IMG/VR virus record: IMGVR_UViG_3300047444_000174
DNA length: 64,000 nucleotides
From: an uncultured virus (IMG/VR IMGVR_UViG_3300047444_000174)
Lineage: Duplodnaviria > Heunggongvirae > Uroviricota > Caudoviricetes
Strand: one strand, 5' to 3'
The position numbers were made by a program, and so were the translations under genes. The number at the start of each line of letters is the position of its first letter. Position 1 is the first letter of the stretch. The notes beneath the pieces were generated by a model, which searched no databases, was not told the origin of the DNA, and was given only the letters and a program-made list of their open reading frames with translations. Positions 1 through 8,268 of this stretch are shown here, in pieces.

Positions 1-31
1 GGATCCGCTACCTTGCCGATGGAGACAAAGT

Positions 32-550
32 ATGAGTGACCTGATTAAGCGGCTGCATGAAGCCGACCTCTCGGCCATCAAAAAGGCCTGCGAAATTCTC
101 GACGGCCTGCCACAAGATGCCATTGACGGTGGCTGGACTGCGCGCGGCATTAGCGCGTATGCGACGAAGCTCGAAGCGGATCTGGCATTCCAGAAGCAAG
201 TCATCGATGCCGCTCGTCAGAATCAAGCCGATTTGCTTGATCGGGCGCTGGAGGCTGAGACGCGCATTGCTGATCTTGAGGCGCAAAAGCTCACCGAGCC
301 AGCGCAAGTAAGCGGTGCAGTATTCCGTCCCGGCATTGCATGGGAGACGGTTATTAAGGCTGCCCAACGCAACTACCGATACCGCAACGATCCGGCAACC
401 AATGATTACCCGGACCGGTTCACTCTCGAGCAGATACAGGCCATGGACAAGATCATTCCGCAAGACGACCGAGAGTTCGTCAGCCTGGAGGATTACGCGG
501 CACTGGCTCACGAAGTTGCCGCTCTCGCCAAACAACAGGACCAATCATGA
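32..550 (+). CDS. Phage early hypothetical protein (coiled-coil)
   Basis: GGAG RBS; ATGA overlap with next ORF. Confidence 0.7.
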   Translation: MSDLIKRLHEADLSAIKKACEILDGLPQDAIDGGWTARGISAYATKLEADLAFQKQVIDAARQNQADLLDRALEAETRIADLEAQKLTEPAQVSGAVFRPGIAWETVIKAAQRNYRYRNDPATNDYPDRFTLEQIQAMDKIIPQDDREFVSLEDYAALAHEVAALAKQQDQS

Positions 551-831
551 CCCTCTACGCCGTCCACGTCCAAGGTCCGGACGACATCATTGCGGCACCA
601 GGTAAGCGCGAGGCTGAAGTGCTGGCCGAGAAGCTAATGGACGCCACCCTAGAAGCGCTACAGGGACGCGAATGCTACATGTCGACGGAAGTCATCGCAT
701 GGCCGGGTAGCGCCGCGAGCCACGCGAAGCAGTTGCGCGAGGACTGGGAGCAGCACGCCAAGTTCATCGGGCCGATCGACCCGGAGCCCGAGCGCGACAC
801 CCGGACCATTGACATGTTTGGAGAAGCTTGA
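547..831 (+). CDS. Phage hypothetical protein
   Basis: 4-bp overlaps with both neighbours. Confidence 0.7.
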   Translation: MTLYAVHVQGPDDIIAAPGKREAEVLAEKLMDATLEALQGRECYMSTEVIAWPGSAASHAKQLREDWEQHAKFIGPIDPEPERDTRTIDMFGEA

Positions 832-1088
832 TGCCTGGTATCGAGGCGATTCACCGTACCGTCTACCGATCGCCGTCAAGTCGCCGGTCGTTTCTCACAG
901 CCAAGGCTGCCGCGCGTTCGGAAGCGGCAATGCTTATCAAGCGGAAATACCCAAGCGAAAGCCCTGAATACGGCGATTACGGAATGATTCACTATCCCGG
1001 TTTCCACTGGTCCGAGGACGAACGGCTACAACGCGTTCATGATCGGTTGGTCCGGATGATCTTGCGCCGCCTGAAGGAGGCGCAGTGA
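828..1088 (+). CDS. Phage hypothetical protein
   Basis: Translationally coupled ORF chain. Confidence 0.65.
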   Translation: MMPGIEAIHRTVYRSPSSRRSFLTAKAAARSEAAMLIKRKYPSESPEYGDYGMIHYPGFHWSEDERLQRVHDRLVRMILRRLKEAQ

Positions 1089-1273
1089 ACCAGATCACCA
1101 ACCGCCGCGCCTTCATGGAATCAGCCTACGCCTATACCCGAGCCCGCCAGCCCACGGCGCAACTGATCGTCGACTTATGCACGTCCTTTGCCCAGATGCT
1201 TGCCGATGACTTCGAGGGACGGGTAGCAGTGAATGTGGACGGAATTAACGTGGTAAGGGAGCCGAGGAAATGA
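1085..1273 (+). CDS. Phage hypothetical protein
   Basis: GTGA overlap; AGGAGG RBS. Confidence 0.65.
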   Translation: MNQITNRRAFMESAYAYTRARQPTAQLIVDLCTSFAQMLADDFEGRVAVNVDGINVVREPRK

Positions 1274-1572
1274 TCCGCTGGAAAAAAGATGAACGCGAGA
1301 CGGGCTTGCGTGCCGTGGTGCAGGTTCGCCGCCATAGCCTGCTCGACAGCGAGACCGGGAAGCTGCTGATGTACACGCATTGCCCGCCGCCCTATATGCG
1401 TGCAGATATAGGAGAGAAACCGTGGACTTGGTATGTACGCATGGGCGATAAGTCACTCAAGAGCAAGGCTCGGTATGCGACAGGTGAAGAAGCAAAGGCA
1501 GCGGCAGATTCTTATTGGAAGGCTAATAGGCAGAAGATTTTGATTGCCAATGGTCTAGCGGAGGCGAAATGA
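1270..1572 (+). CDS. Phage hypothetical protein
   Basis: Coupled ORF chain. Confidence 0.65.
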   Translation: MIRWKKDERETGLRAVVQVRRHSLLDSETGKLLMYTHCPPPYMRADIGEKPWTWYVRMGDKSLKSKARYATGEEAKAAADSYWKANRQKILIANGLAEAK

Positions 1573-1820
1573 CTGACCTGAATCAATGCGACGGCTGCCG
1601 AGTCGGTGCGCCGCTCTCGGAGCGAGGAAATCACATCATGCCAGACGGCGGATATATGGGATGCACGAAAGAGAAGTATGCGGCGACCGATCTTCCGGAA
1701 CTGAAGGCCGAGCTTCAATACTGCCTTGATACGGGTACGTACGGCCAGCGCACCGGGCTAGCCCTGCAATGGGCGCTTGATGCGCTTAATGAGATTGAGG
1801 AAGCGGAGGTGAGGACGTGA
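1569..1820 (+). CDS. Phage hypothetical protein (CxxC-H-C, possibly metal binding)
   Basis: Coupled ORF; NQCDGC...H...C. Confidence 0.65.
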   Translation: MTDLNQCDGCRVGAPLSERGNHIMPDGGYMGCTKEKYAATDLPELKAELQYCLDTGTYGQRTGLALQWALDALNEIEEAEVRT

Positions 1821-2170
1821 GTGCAGTCAATATGTCGAGCGCTGCCGTGAGGAAAATAGCCAACTGGCTGTTGTCGAATGACACTGGATTGTCGTCGGAG
1901 ACCATGGCGGCAATCGCCTTGGGTGCGACGGCGCGCCACGGTTTCAATGCGCCCCACGATCCGGCCGATTTCGGGCGGTGCTATCGACTCGTGAAAGCAG
2001 TCCCCGAGGTTCGCCTGGCGTTTCCGCGTATAGCGAAGAAGGTCAAACCGTTCTCAGGGATCATTCGCGAGTGGGATGCGCTTTGTGCGCCCTATGAGCG
2101 AGACCTGCCAACTGGTCGCAGCGATGAACTTTACCGACGCATCAAAGAATTGCGAGGAGACAAGTCGTGA
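1817..2170 (+). CDS. Conserved phage hypothetical protein
   Basis: DTGLSSETM and PHDPADFGRC motifs familiar from phage hypotheticals; coupled ORF. Confidence 0.75.
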   Translation: MSAVNMSSAAVRKIANWLLSNDTGLSSETMAAIALGATARHGFNAPHDPADFGRCYRLVKAVPEVRLAFPRIAKKVKPFSGIIREWDALCAPYERDLPTGRSDELYRRIKELRGDKS

Positions 2171-2403
2171 AGGCATACGCACTCGTGCAAGGCCCGCGCC
2201 GCAAGGTGCTCTACGTCTCCGATTCATGCGCCGTGCTGTGGGCGACGGGAGCAGAGACGTTCGAACCATCCGGCTCGGTGAACTTCATGCGCAACGAACG
2301 GGCAATTTGCAAGGCGAACGACGCCTACATTGTGCGAATCAATTTTGAACTTGGCGAACCGATCACGGCACCGCGGAAGAGGGTGGAGAAGCGGACGGCA
2401 TGA
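2167..2403 (+). CDS. Phage hypothetical protein
   Basis: GTGA overlap; GGAG RBS. Confidence 0.6.
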   Translation: MKAYALVQGPRRKVLYVSDSCAVLWATGAETFEPSGSVNFMRNERAICKANDAYIVRINFELGEPITAPRKRVEKRTA

Positions 2404-2463
2404 TCGAAGCAGAAGCAAAACGGTGATCGAAACAACCAAGCGGGAATGGATGGGAGGTGGAGA

Positions 2464-2673
2464 ATGGCAGCGCAATTGATACCTGTGTCATCGTGGGCGC
2501 AAGCTGTCTTCGGGGAGCATCGGCCGCACGCCAACACGCTTCTTAACTGGATCAAGAATGGCCGCATCAGGCCCGTACCACGGAAGGTGGGGCGTGAATA
2601 TTTTTGCCGTCCGGATGCAGAATATGTCGACCCCATAGCCGAAAAAATCGAGAGGATGATCGGTGGCCGCTAG
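2464..2673 (+). CDS. xis: Excisionase (lambda Xis-like winged helix)
   Basis: W..NGRIRPVPRKVGREYFCRPDAEY motif; directly upstream of and overlapping int. Confidence 0.85.
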   Translation: MAAQLIPVSSWAQAVFGEHRPHANTLLNWIKNGRIRPVPRKVGREYFCRPDAEYVDPIAEKIERMIGGR

Positions 2674-3790
2674 ACGACGGAATGCAGATCGGCGCAACTG
2701 GCCGGCAAATCTGTACAAAAACTCGAAGGGATATTTCTGGTTCCGTAATCCGGCCGACGGAAAGACAGTCGGCTTGGGTTACGACCAGAAAATAGCCATG
2801 CTTCAGGCGAAGACGGCAAATGCGGAATTGCTGCGGCGCAAGGGGGAGGTGTCATTGATCCAACGGCTGGATGGCAACGTCCTGACTCTTGCCGAATGGG
2901 TAGACGAATACGAAACGAAATATGCAGAGCGTGCCGACGCAAAGCCGACAACCCTAGCGGCCATGCGTCACCAGTTGAATCCGCTCCGCAATGCAGACTT
3001 CGCAGTGCAGGCCGTGGACAAGGTCACGACCCGGAACATCTCGGACTTGATTGAGGAAGTTAAGCTCCGCGGCGCAACGATGGCTACAAGGGTTTTGCAG
3101 CGAGCGATATTCGTGTTTCGCGCAGCTGAGGCGAGGGGTTTAATCAAGGTCGGGTCCAACCCAGCCGTCCCTATCGAAAAGCCCAAGGTTGTGGTCGCGC
3201 GCACGCGCCTCACTCTTGACGAGTTTAAAGCGGTCTTGGGAAAGGCGCGTGAGGACGGAAATCACTGGATGGAGAATGCCATGCTCCTGGCGGTGCTTAC
3301 CGGTCAACGGCGCGAAGACATCTCGGAGATGCTGTTCAGTCAAGTAAAAGACGGGTTTCTCTGGATTGAGCAGAGCAAAGGGCGCGACGGTCATCAGTCT
3401 AAAGTTCGCCTTCCTCTTACCTTGCGGCTTCAGGCAATAGGCATGTCTCTAGACGAAGTCGTACGTCAATGCCGAGACGCCGTGGTGTCGAAAAACCTGA
3501 TTCACCATCGAAAGGCTTGGGGCAAGGCTCAAGCTGGCTCTCATGTCAAGCTGGGGACGCTTAGTCGAGCATTCCAGACCTACCGAGACATGGCAAAAAT
3601 TAGTGTCGAAGATGGCAGGACTCCGCCAACCTTCCACGAGATCCGGTCACTGGCAGCGAGGCTCTATGCGGACGAATATGGGCCAGAAGTTGCTCAGGCT
3701 ATTCTCGGCCACAAGACGGCCAAGATGACGTCGCTGTATCGCGATTCACGTGGTCGGGAATGGACCGACGTGAAGATTGGGAGCGCATGA
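2663..3790 (+). CDS. int: Tyrosine integrase, lambda-type with N-terminal arm-binding domain
   Basis: TGQRREDI (R), TFHEIRSL (HxxR), LGHK, terminal Y in SLYRD. Confidence 0.97.
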   Translation: MAARRRNADRRNWPANLYKNSKGYFWFRNPADGKTVGLGYDQKIAMLQAKTANAELLRRKGEVSLIQRLDGNVLTLAEWVDEYETKYAERADAKPTTLAAMRHQLNPLRNADFAVQAVDKVTTRNISDLIEEVKLRGATMATRVLQRAIFVFRAAEARGLIKVGSNPAVPIEKPKVVVARTRLTLDEFKAVLGKAREDGNHWMENAMLLAVLTGQRREDISEMLFSQVKDGFLWIEQSKGRDGHQSKVRLPLTLRLQAIGMSLDEVVRQCRDAVVSKNLIHHRKAWGKAQAGSHVKLGTLSRAFQTYRDMAKISVEDGRTPPTFHEIRSLAARLYADEYGPEVAQAILGHKTAKMTSLYRDSRGREWTDVKIGSA

Positions 3791-3821
3791 ATTTTGGATA
3801 GATTTTGGATAGATTTTGGAT
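3791..3821 (+). repeat. Three tandem 11-bp direct repeats ATTTTGGATAG, probable integrase arm-type sites; a further copy TTTTGGATC at 4117-4125
   Basis: Repeats read directly from sequence, immediately after the int stop. Confidence 0.75.
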
Positions 3822-3834
3822 CAGCGTTTTCCGC

Positions 3835-3993
3835 TCATGGCTCAAATCCGTCTGGATATTCGACTACCAGATCAGTCTGAGCGACCGCAACACAAGGCAG
3901 GATAAGGCCTTCAGCATTTTCCTCCTTGCTGAGTCCGGGCCACTCAATAACGTAGGAGACGGTGCCGCTGACCACGCGACAGATGCAGGTCCG
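3835..3993 (-). pseudogene. 3' half of a 2Fe-2S ferredoxin gene (gene-restoring segment of attP)
   Basis: Translates RTCICRVVSGTVSYVIEWPGLSKEENAEGLILPCVAVAQTDLVVEYPDGFEP*; no start codon, in-frame TAA directly upstream. Confidence 0.8.
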
Positions 3994-4095
3994 TTACCTG
4001 CCATTCATAGGCGCCAAACGCTTGCTGGATAAGGGTTTTGCAGATTAAATCGGTGGGTTCTGGCGACCTTAAAAGCCACTGAAGCACACAAACAA

Positions 4096-4108
4096 AATCA
4101 AACACTTA
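4096..4108 (+). promoter_or_regulatory. IHF binding site
   Basis: AATCAAACACTTA matches WATCAANNNNTTR exactly. Confidence 0.7.
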
Positions 4109-4142
4109 CAGCGGCGTTTTGGATCGGGTCGCCGACTTCCTA

Positions 4143-4820
4143 TCAATCGATCAATGAGCCCGTAGCTCCGTCATCGACTTTTGGTTTTCTAGGCGGCAAC
4201 GGCTTCGGCTCAGCCGCCATCTCCTCAGCCGGAAACAGATTCAGAAATGACCGCGCTTCATCGGTCGATCGAGCGCCCAGCCAGTCGCCATATTCCTCCG
4301 GCCGCAAGATCACGACCGATCGCTTTTCTGCGCCGGGCCGATGGAAGCGGCGCATGAGCGGATGCTCATCGGCGTTGACCGTCAACATGGTGAACGACAG
4401 AGCCACGCCGTCAGGATCCTCCCACGCACGCCACAGGCCCGCAATCGCGAACGGCTTGCGGTCAGGCATTCCAATCTGCCATCGAACTGCTTTCCCGGTC
4501 TCCCAGTTCGGCTCGTAGAAGCTCGCGCAGGGTATCAGGCACAGTTGCAACTTCTTCCACGCACCGCTGAAGCTGCGACGCTCGCCGATCGTCTCCGTCC
4601 GCGCGTTCATCGTGTCGAACTTCTTTACGTGAGCGGGAATGTGCTTGTACGGCACAAGGCCGAACGTGGCGGGGTCGGTGGATGACGCGCCGTCTACTCG
4701 CCTCAGAATCGGGGCGACATAGTCCTTGTAGGTCTCTGGCGGATAGTCGAACCGCGGAACCGGAAAATCGGTGAACGCGTCGAACAGATCGGCTTGAAGT
4801 GGCCGGTAGTTGGTGCACAT
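4143..4820 (-). CDS. SOS response-associated peptidase (SRAP/YedK/HMCES family, abasic-site protection)
   Basis: N-terminal MC, NARTET, FYEP, AIAGLW, SFTMLT, H in RFHRP. Confidence 0.92.
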   Translation of the reverse strand: MCTNYRPLQADLFDAFTDFPVPRFDYPPETYKDYVAPILRRVDGASSTDPATFGLVPYKHIPAHVKKFDTMNARTETIGERRSFSGAWKKLQLCLIPCASFYEPNWETGKAVRWQIGMPDRKPFAIAGLWRAWEDPDGVALSFTMLTVNADEHPLMRRFHRPGAEKRSVVILRPEEYGDWLGARSTDEARSFLNLFPAEEMAAEPKPLPPRKPKVDDGATGSLID

Positions 4821-4881
4821 CGGAACCTCCGTGGATGTTCCATGATAGTGCCAGATGCGCCCATCTGAATCCTGGCTATAC

Positions 4882-4901
4882 TACTGTACATTCATACAGT
4901 A
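4882..4901. promoter_or_regulatory. LexA (SOS) box between divergent genes
   Basis: TACTGTACATTCATACAGTA = CTGT-N8-ACAG with consensus flanks. Confidence 0.88.
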
Positions 4902-4907
4902 CTAGCC

Positions 4908-5210
4908 ATGCCAGATCACCCGCCCCTGACCGCCGCCCAACTGGCCGAAATCTACGATCGCGAGCCGACGCCCGCAGTCCTGCAACTGCTTCGCGAGATA
5001 CGAAGGCTGCACGGGATTGTGCGTCGGGCCGATCAGATCCGGCAGATGTGCGCCGGATGCGCACCGGTTGCTCAGGTGGTGTGGGATTGTTTCGTGCGCG
5101 AGCTAGATGCTGAACCGTGCCTCCGCGATCTGCCGACGCCGCGGCAGCAGCGGCGCATTGATGAGAGCGTGCGCAGGATAGAGGAACGGCGGAAGAACGA
5201 ACGGAGGTGA
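4908..5210 (+). CDS. Small, probably SOS-regulated, hypothetical protein
   Basis: Starts 7 bp after the LexA box; PLT.AQL.EI...LLREI.RL pattern. Confidence 0.75.
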   Translation: MPDHPPLTAAQLAEIYDREPTPAVLQLLREIRRLHGIVRRADQIRQMCAGCAPVAQVVWDCFVRELDAEPCLRDLPTPRQQRRIDESVRRIEERRKNERR

Positions 5211-5428
5211 ATATGACGCTAGATGACCTGAACCAGTTTGGTATCGTGACAGCCTACATTGAGGATTCGGAACTCGGTAGGCGATACATCGCATGCGTCG
5301 GGCAGCGGACGGCGGGCGGGATGAGGTCCAGCGACGGCCAGTATTGGACGGGCGATACCGAGCTTGAGGCGGCTCGGCGGTGCTACGATGAGTCCGGGTT
5401 CGGAGCGGCTCAGGATCCGGATAAATGA
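5207..5428 (+). CDS. Small acidic hypothetical protein
   Basis: Coupled to previous ORF; GGAGG RBS. Confidence 0.65.
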   Translation: MNMTLDDLNQFGIVTAYIEDSELGRRYIACVGQRTAGGMRSSDGQYWTGDTELEAARRCYDESGFGAAQDPDK

Positions 5429-5478
5429 GCACCCTGGGTCCGGTTCCTGCTGATAATCCGCACCCACAGGAGACCGTC

Positions 5479-5772
5479 ATGAAACTCGAAAACTTCAAAT
5501 CGCAACTCTCGATGCTGTTGCGCGATCTGCCCATTGGCACGACAGCAGACCTGACAGATTTTGCGGTAGCGTTCTGGGGCGGCAGAGAACTGACATTCGC
5601 GTTTCTGCACGAGGACAGGCCCGGCGAAATCGACGAAGAGTTCGACCTGGACGATTACCAGTGGGGCGAGTGGGAAGAGCGTTTCTCTGCATGGGCTCAT
5701 GCGCCCAAGTTCAGCGAACGACAGGAAGTATTGCGGTGGATTAAGGATGCGCCGCCGTTTGAGGCGGGCTAA
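5479..5772 (+). CDS. Small acidic, Trp-rich hypothetical protein
   Basis: AGGAG RBS before ATG 5479. Confidence 0.7.
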   Translation: MKLENFKSQLSMLLRDLPIGTTADLTDFAVAFWGGRELTFAFLHEDRPGEIDEEFDLDDYQWGEWEERFSAWAHAPKFSERQEVLRWIKDAPPFEAG

Positions 5773-5843
5773 AGACGCGCCAGCGAGGCTGGGCTAGGGG
5801 AGGGTGCCGCCCGAAGCGCAATGCCTCGGACGGGATACAACAG

Positions 5844-5940
5844 ATGCAGAGTGGCCGGATTCGAACCGGCGAGCGAAGCTAGTCCTATGACCTCGCATAC
5901 CAAACCTGTCTAGGACGTCTCCTAGGCATTCACTCCACAT
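5844..5940 (-). ncRNA. tRNA-like RNA (acceptor-like stem and canonical T-arm, no recognisable anticodon arm or CCA)
   Basis: GCCGG-TTCGAAT-CCGGC T-arm; ATGTGGAGTG/CACTCTGCAT closing stem; extended -10 TGG-TAGTCT just upstream. Confidence 0.55.
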
Positions 5941-6030
5941 ACAGACTACCACTTGTTACGCGTGTTTACAGCCGCAAGCCTGTCGTCATAGTTAAATTAA
6001 ATAGGATTACTATCGAAATTACGACTGGAA

Positions 6031-6774
6031 TCAGACCTGAATGGCTTGCAATTCGCGCTGCAATCCTTCCCAGTTCAGCCCCGGAGGAGAAATGCCAGAG
6101 TTGGCAAGCCAGTCACGCGATACGACTGCATACGCCTCGTCGCAATACTTCTGCATGAAGGCGTTCGTCACCTTGACGAGCTTGCCCCACGTCACGACAG
6201 TGAACGTATCCTCGTCGTAGGCAACGGCACAGATAGCATGGCCGCCCCAACTATTCGGTTCGCTCAGTGCTTCGGGTGCGCCGGCGACAACATCCCAAAC
6301 ATCCTGTGTCTGTGCCGTCAGAGGCAAAGCTACGCCCAGATAGACGCCGCCAAAATACTGCACCGACAGCCGAAGTTCGTTCAGGTCGCGCGGGTTGAGC
6401 GAGGCGAAGGAAACCGTATCGGTCCCGATCGACGTTGGCACGCCAACGAGGCTCCAATACCGAAGCACGTCCATCTCTACCGCGCCTTCGTCGACCTTCG
6501 GATAGCCCGACGTGGCCGCATACAACGCCAGCGTTTCAGAGTCGGTCGGCTCGAACTCAAAGCCGTTGTTGACCAGCCAGAGTTGAATGAGGTGATAGAC
6601 GGCAGCCGCGGTACAGCAACCATGGAGGTCGTTTGCAAGCATCGACCACGACTTGACAGCCTTCGTCCAATCGACGGCTCGTGCAGCCTGTACCGCCATC
6701 ATGTGCTTCGACAGATGCGGCACGCGCGGGTCTACCTTCGGCAATTGCTTGCCGAGCTTCATATGGGAATGCAT
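6031..6774 (-). CDS. Papain-like (C1-type) cysteine peptidase
   Basis: VDW...ND.HGCCTAAA (catalytic Cys), GGHAICAVAYD (His), TWG. Confidence 0.75.
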   Translation of the reverse strand: MHSHMKLGKQLPKVDPRVPHLSKHMMAVQAARAVDWTKAVKSWSMLANDLHGCCTAAAVYHLIQLWLVNNGFEFEPTDSETLALYAATSGYPKVDEGAVEMDVLRYWSLVGVPTSIGTDTVSFASLNPRDLNELRLSVQYFGGVYLGVALPLTAQTQDVWDVVAGAPEALSEPNSWGGHAICAVAYDEDTFTVVTWGKLVKVTNAFMQKYCDEAYAVVSRDWLANSGISPPGLNWEGLQRELQAIQV

Positions 6775-6775
6775 G

Positions 6776-7141
6776 TCAGGAGTTCCAGTGAAGCCAGCCG
6801 AAGGCGCGAACGCCGAGCCACATCGAATTGCGCGCGAACCACGAAACGCCCGTCACTGCCGAGGCTTCGCGAAGCACGGCATCGGCCATTGCGCGCGGGA
6901 CGAGATGCGACCCATAGAGGTAGTCATGGATCACAGACGCTTCGCTGGCTCGATCGCCAAAGAGCATGTAGGCGAACGGCGCTCTTGGTACTGAGGCGAA
7001 ATCGGTGACCATGCCGGCGGGGGCAGTGAAGGTCGCGCCAGCAACGTCGGATTGATAGACAAGCGGCGCGGTTAGGCGCCACTTGCCATCGTCCTGTCCG
7101 CTGGCGTTTTCCACCCTTAGCTCGGACAGGAACGCACTCAC
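6776..7141 (-). CDS. DUF1353 family phage protein
   Basis: PAGMVTDFASVPR and ASVIHDYLY motifs. Confidence 0.85.
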   Translation of the reverse strand: MSAFLSELRVENASGQDDGKWRLTAPLVYQSDVAGATFTAPAGMVTDFASVPRAPFAYMLFGDRASEASVIHDYLYGSHLVPRAMADAVLREASAVTGVSWFARNSMWLGVRAFGWLHWNS

Positions 7142-7569
7142 GATGCGACCGCGCCCGAAGCAGGAACCGGGGCAACCGGCGAACCGTACTGAAGCAGCGC
7201 AGCCGACAGAGCCGTCTGGAATGCGATCAGGCCAATCTGCACAGTCAACTTCGCCGAGTCGTCAATCGGGATCAGAGCGATGACCTGGATCGCTGCGGGA
7301 ATCGACGTGTTGATCAGGTTCGTGACGGTCGACGGATCGACGGACGCGCTGGCGGCGCAGACCGCGGCGTTATCGGTGACGAACTTGTCGAGCACCGCCT
7401 TTTGAACCGGATCGGTCGTCATCGCGGCAACAGACATTGCAGTCGGCTGGACGACGGAGCAGGCCTTAGCGACTTGTGCCTGGAACGTCGCGGCGTTCTG
7501 GGTGACGGATGCGCAACCGGCGAAAGCAACACAAATAGCCGCAGCGGCGGCAAGTACCAACGATTTCAT
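7138..7569 (-). CDS. Lipoprotein, candidate unimolecular spanin
   Basis: Lipobox FAGC at residues 16-19; hydrophobic C-terminal helix. Confidence 0.6.
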   Translation of the reverse strand: MKSLVLAAAAAICVAFAGCASVTQNAATFQAQVAKACSVVQPTAMSVAAMTTDPVQKAVLDKFVTDNAAVCAASASVDPSTVTNLINTSIPAAIQVIALIPIDDSAKLTVQIGLIAFQTALSAALLQYGSPVAPVPASGAVAS

Positions 7570-7598
7570 GTGATTTCCTTCAGGGAGAAGCGGAGGGG

Positions 7599-7784
7599 TT
7601 ACTGCGCGGGCGGAGTTGCGTCGTCGGATTTCTTGCCAGACATGGCGTGGATAGTGCCGAGCGCCGCCAACGCCGCACCGACAGCGCTAATAAAACCGTC
7701 AACCGGCGTTTTGCCGAAGAAGGCGAATACGCCCCACACGCCCATAAGGCCTGCGTAACAGGCCACCTTGAGATAAATGTTCAC
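7599..7784 (-). CDS. Small two-TM membrane protein (holin/antiholin-like)
   Basis: Two hydrophobic segments and a charged C-tail. Confidence 0.55.
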   Translation of the reverse strand: MNIYLKVACYAGLMGVWGVFAFFGKTPVDGFISAVGAALAALGTIHAMSGKKSDDATPPAQ

Positions 7785-8224
7785 TCGTGCTCCTTAGCTG
7801 GGATTTCGTCGGGAGAGAAAATGAAGTCGTCCCGCTTGTTTCTTTGCATGACAAAGATCGGGTACGGAAGCATGTGGATGCCGTGGTCTTTGGCGCGGTG
7901 GTGCTTCTCGCACAAGACCATCATGTTGTATTCGGAGTCGATGAAATCAGACGGCTCCTTGTAGGTCGACCAATCGAAAGTTGGATGAAAGGCGCGCATT
8001 TTGTCGAAGTCGATTCCGTCTGCGTCGGCCCATTCCGCATGGAAGTGATGCACCTCTCGGCCGTCTTTCGAACCGCATACCCAGCACGGCGTATCGAGAA
8101 CTGCCACGAGGTGATGCTTGGTCTTGCGGAATAGAGAAGATTCAGTGCGCGGAGGATGGTCCGGGTAATAACGGTCGATCTCAATCGACTCGTGCTGTTC
8201 GTGCTCGTGCTTGATTGCAGGCAT
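7781..8224 (-). CDS. HNH-like zinc-binding protein
   Basis: CWVCG...EVHH...NMMVLCEKHH. Confidence 0.6.
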   Translation of the reverse strand: MPAIKHEHEQHESIEIDRYYPDHPPRTESSLFRKTKHHLVAVLDTPCWVCGSKDGREVHHFHAEWADADGIDFDKMRAFHPTFDWSTYKEPSDFIDSEYNMMVLCEKHHRAKDHGIHMLPYPIFVMQRNKRDDFIFSPDEIPAKEHE

Positions 8225-8250
8225 AAAAAAGCCCGCAGAGCGCGGGCCTC
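8225..8250 (-). terminator. Rho-independent terminator
   Basis: GCCCGC-gctct-GCGGGC hairpin followed by T6. Confidence 0.65.
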
Positions 8251-8268
8251 ATAAGGAGTGTGACTAGA

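Larger units (their letters stand above)
3791..4125. other. attP region
   Basis: Arm-type repeats at both ends, IHF consensus, inverted repeat GCAGGT-CCGTT-ACCTGC at 3985-4001, and a host-like gene fragment. Confidence 0.8.

Noticed and set aside
3791..3821. Tandem repeats as a mini-CRISPR
   Set aside because: 11-bp units with no spacers and no cas genes; position fits integrase arm sites.
3805..4032. 75-aa + strand ORF after int
   Set aside because: Starts inside the arm repeats and is the antisense shadow of the ferredoxin fragment in attP.
5844..5940. Functional tRNA gene, or tRNA followed by an HDV-like (theta) ribozyme
   Set aside because: No anticodon stem-loop or CCA; the downstream sequence forms a simple hairpin and I could not build the nested double pseudoknot.
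6046..7008. 320-aa + strand ORF
   Set aside because: Antisense to the protease and DUF1353 genes; Arg-rich shadow typical of high-GC DNA.
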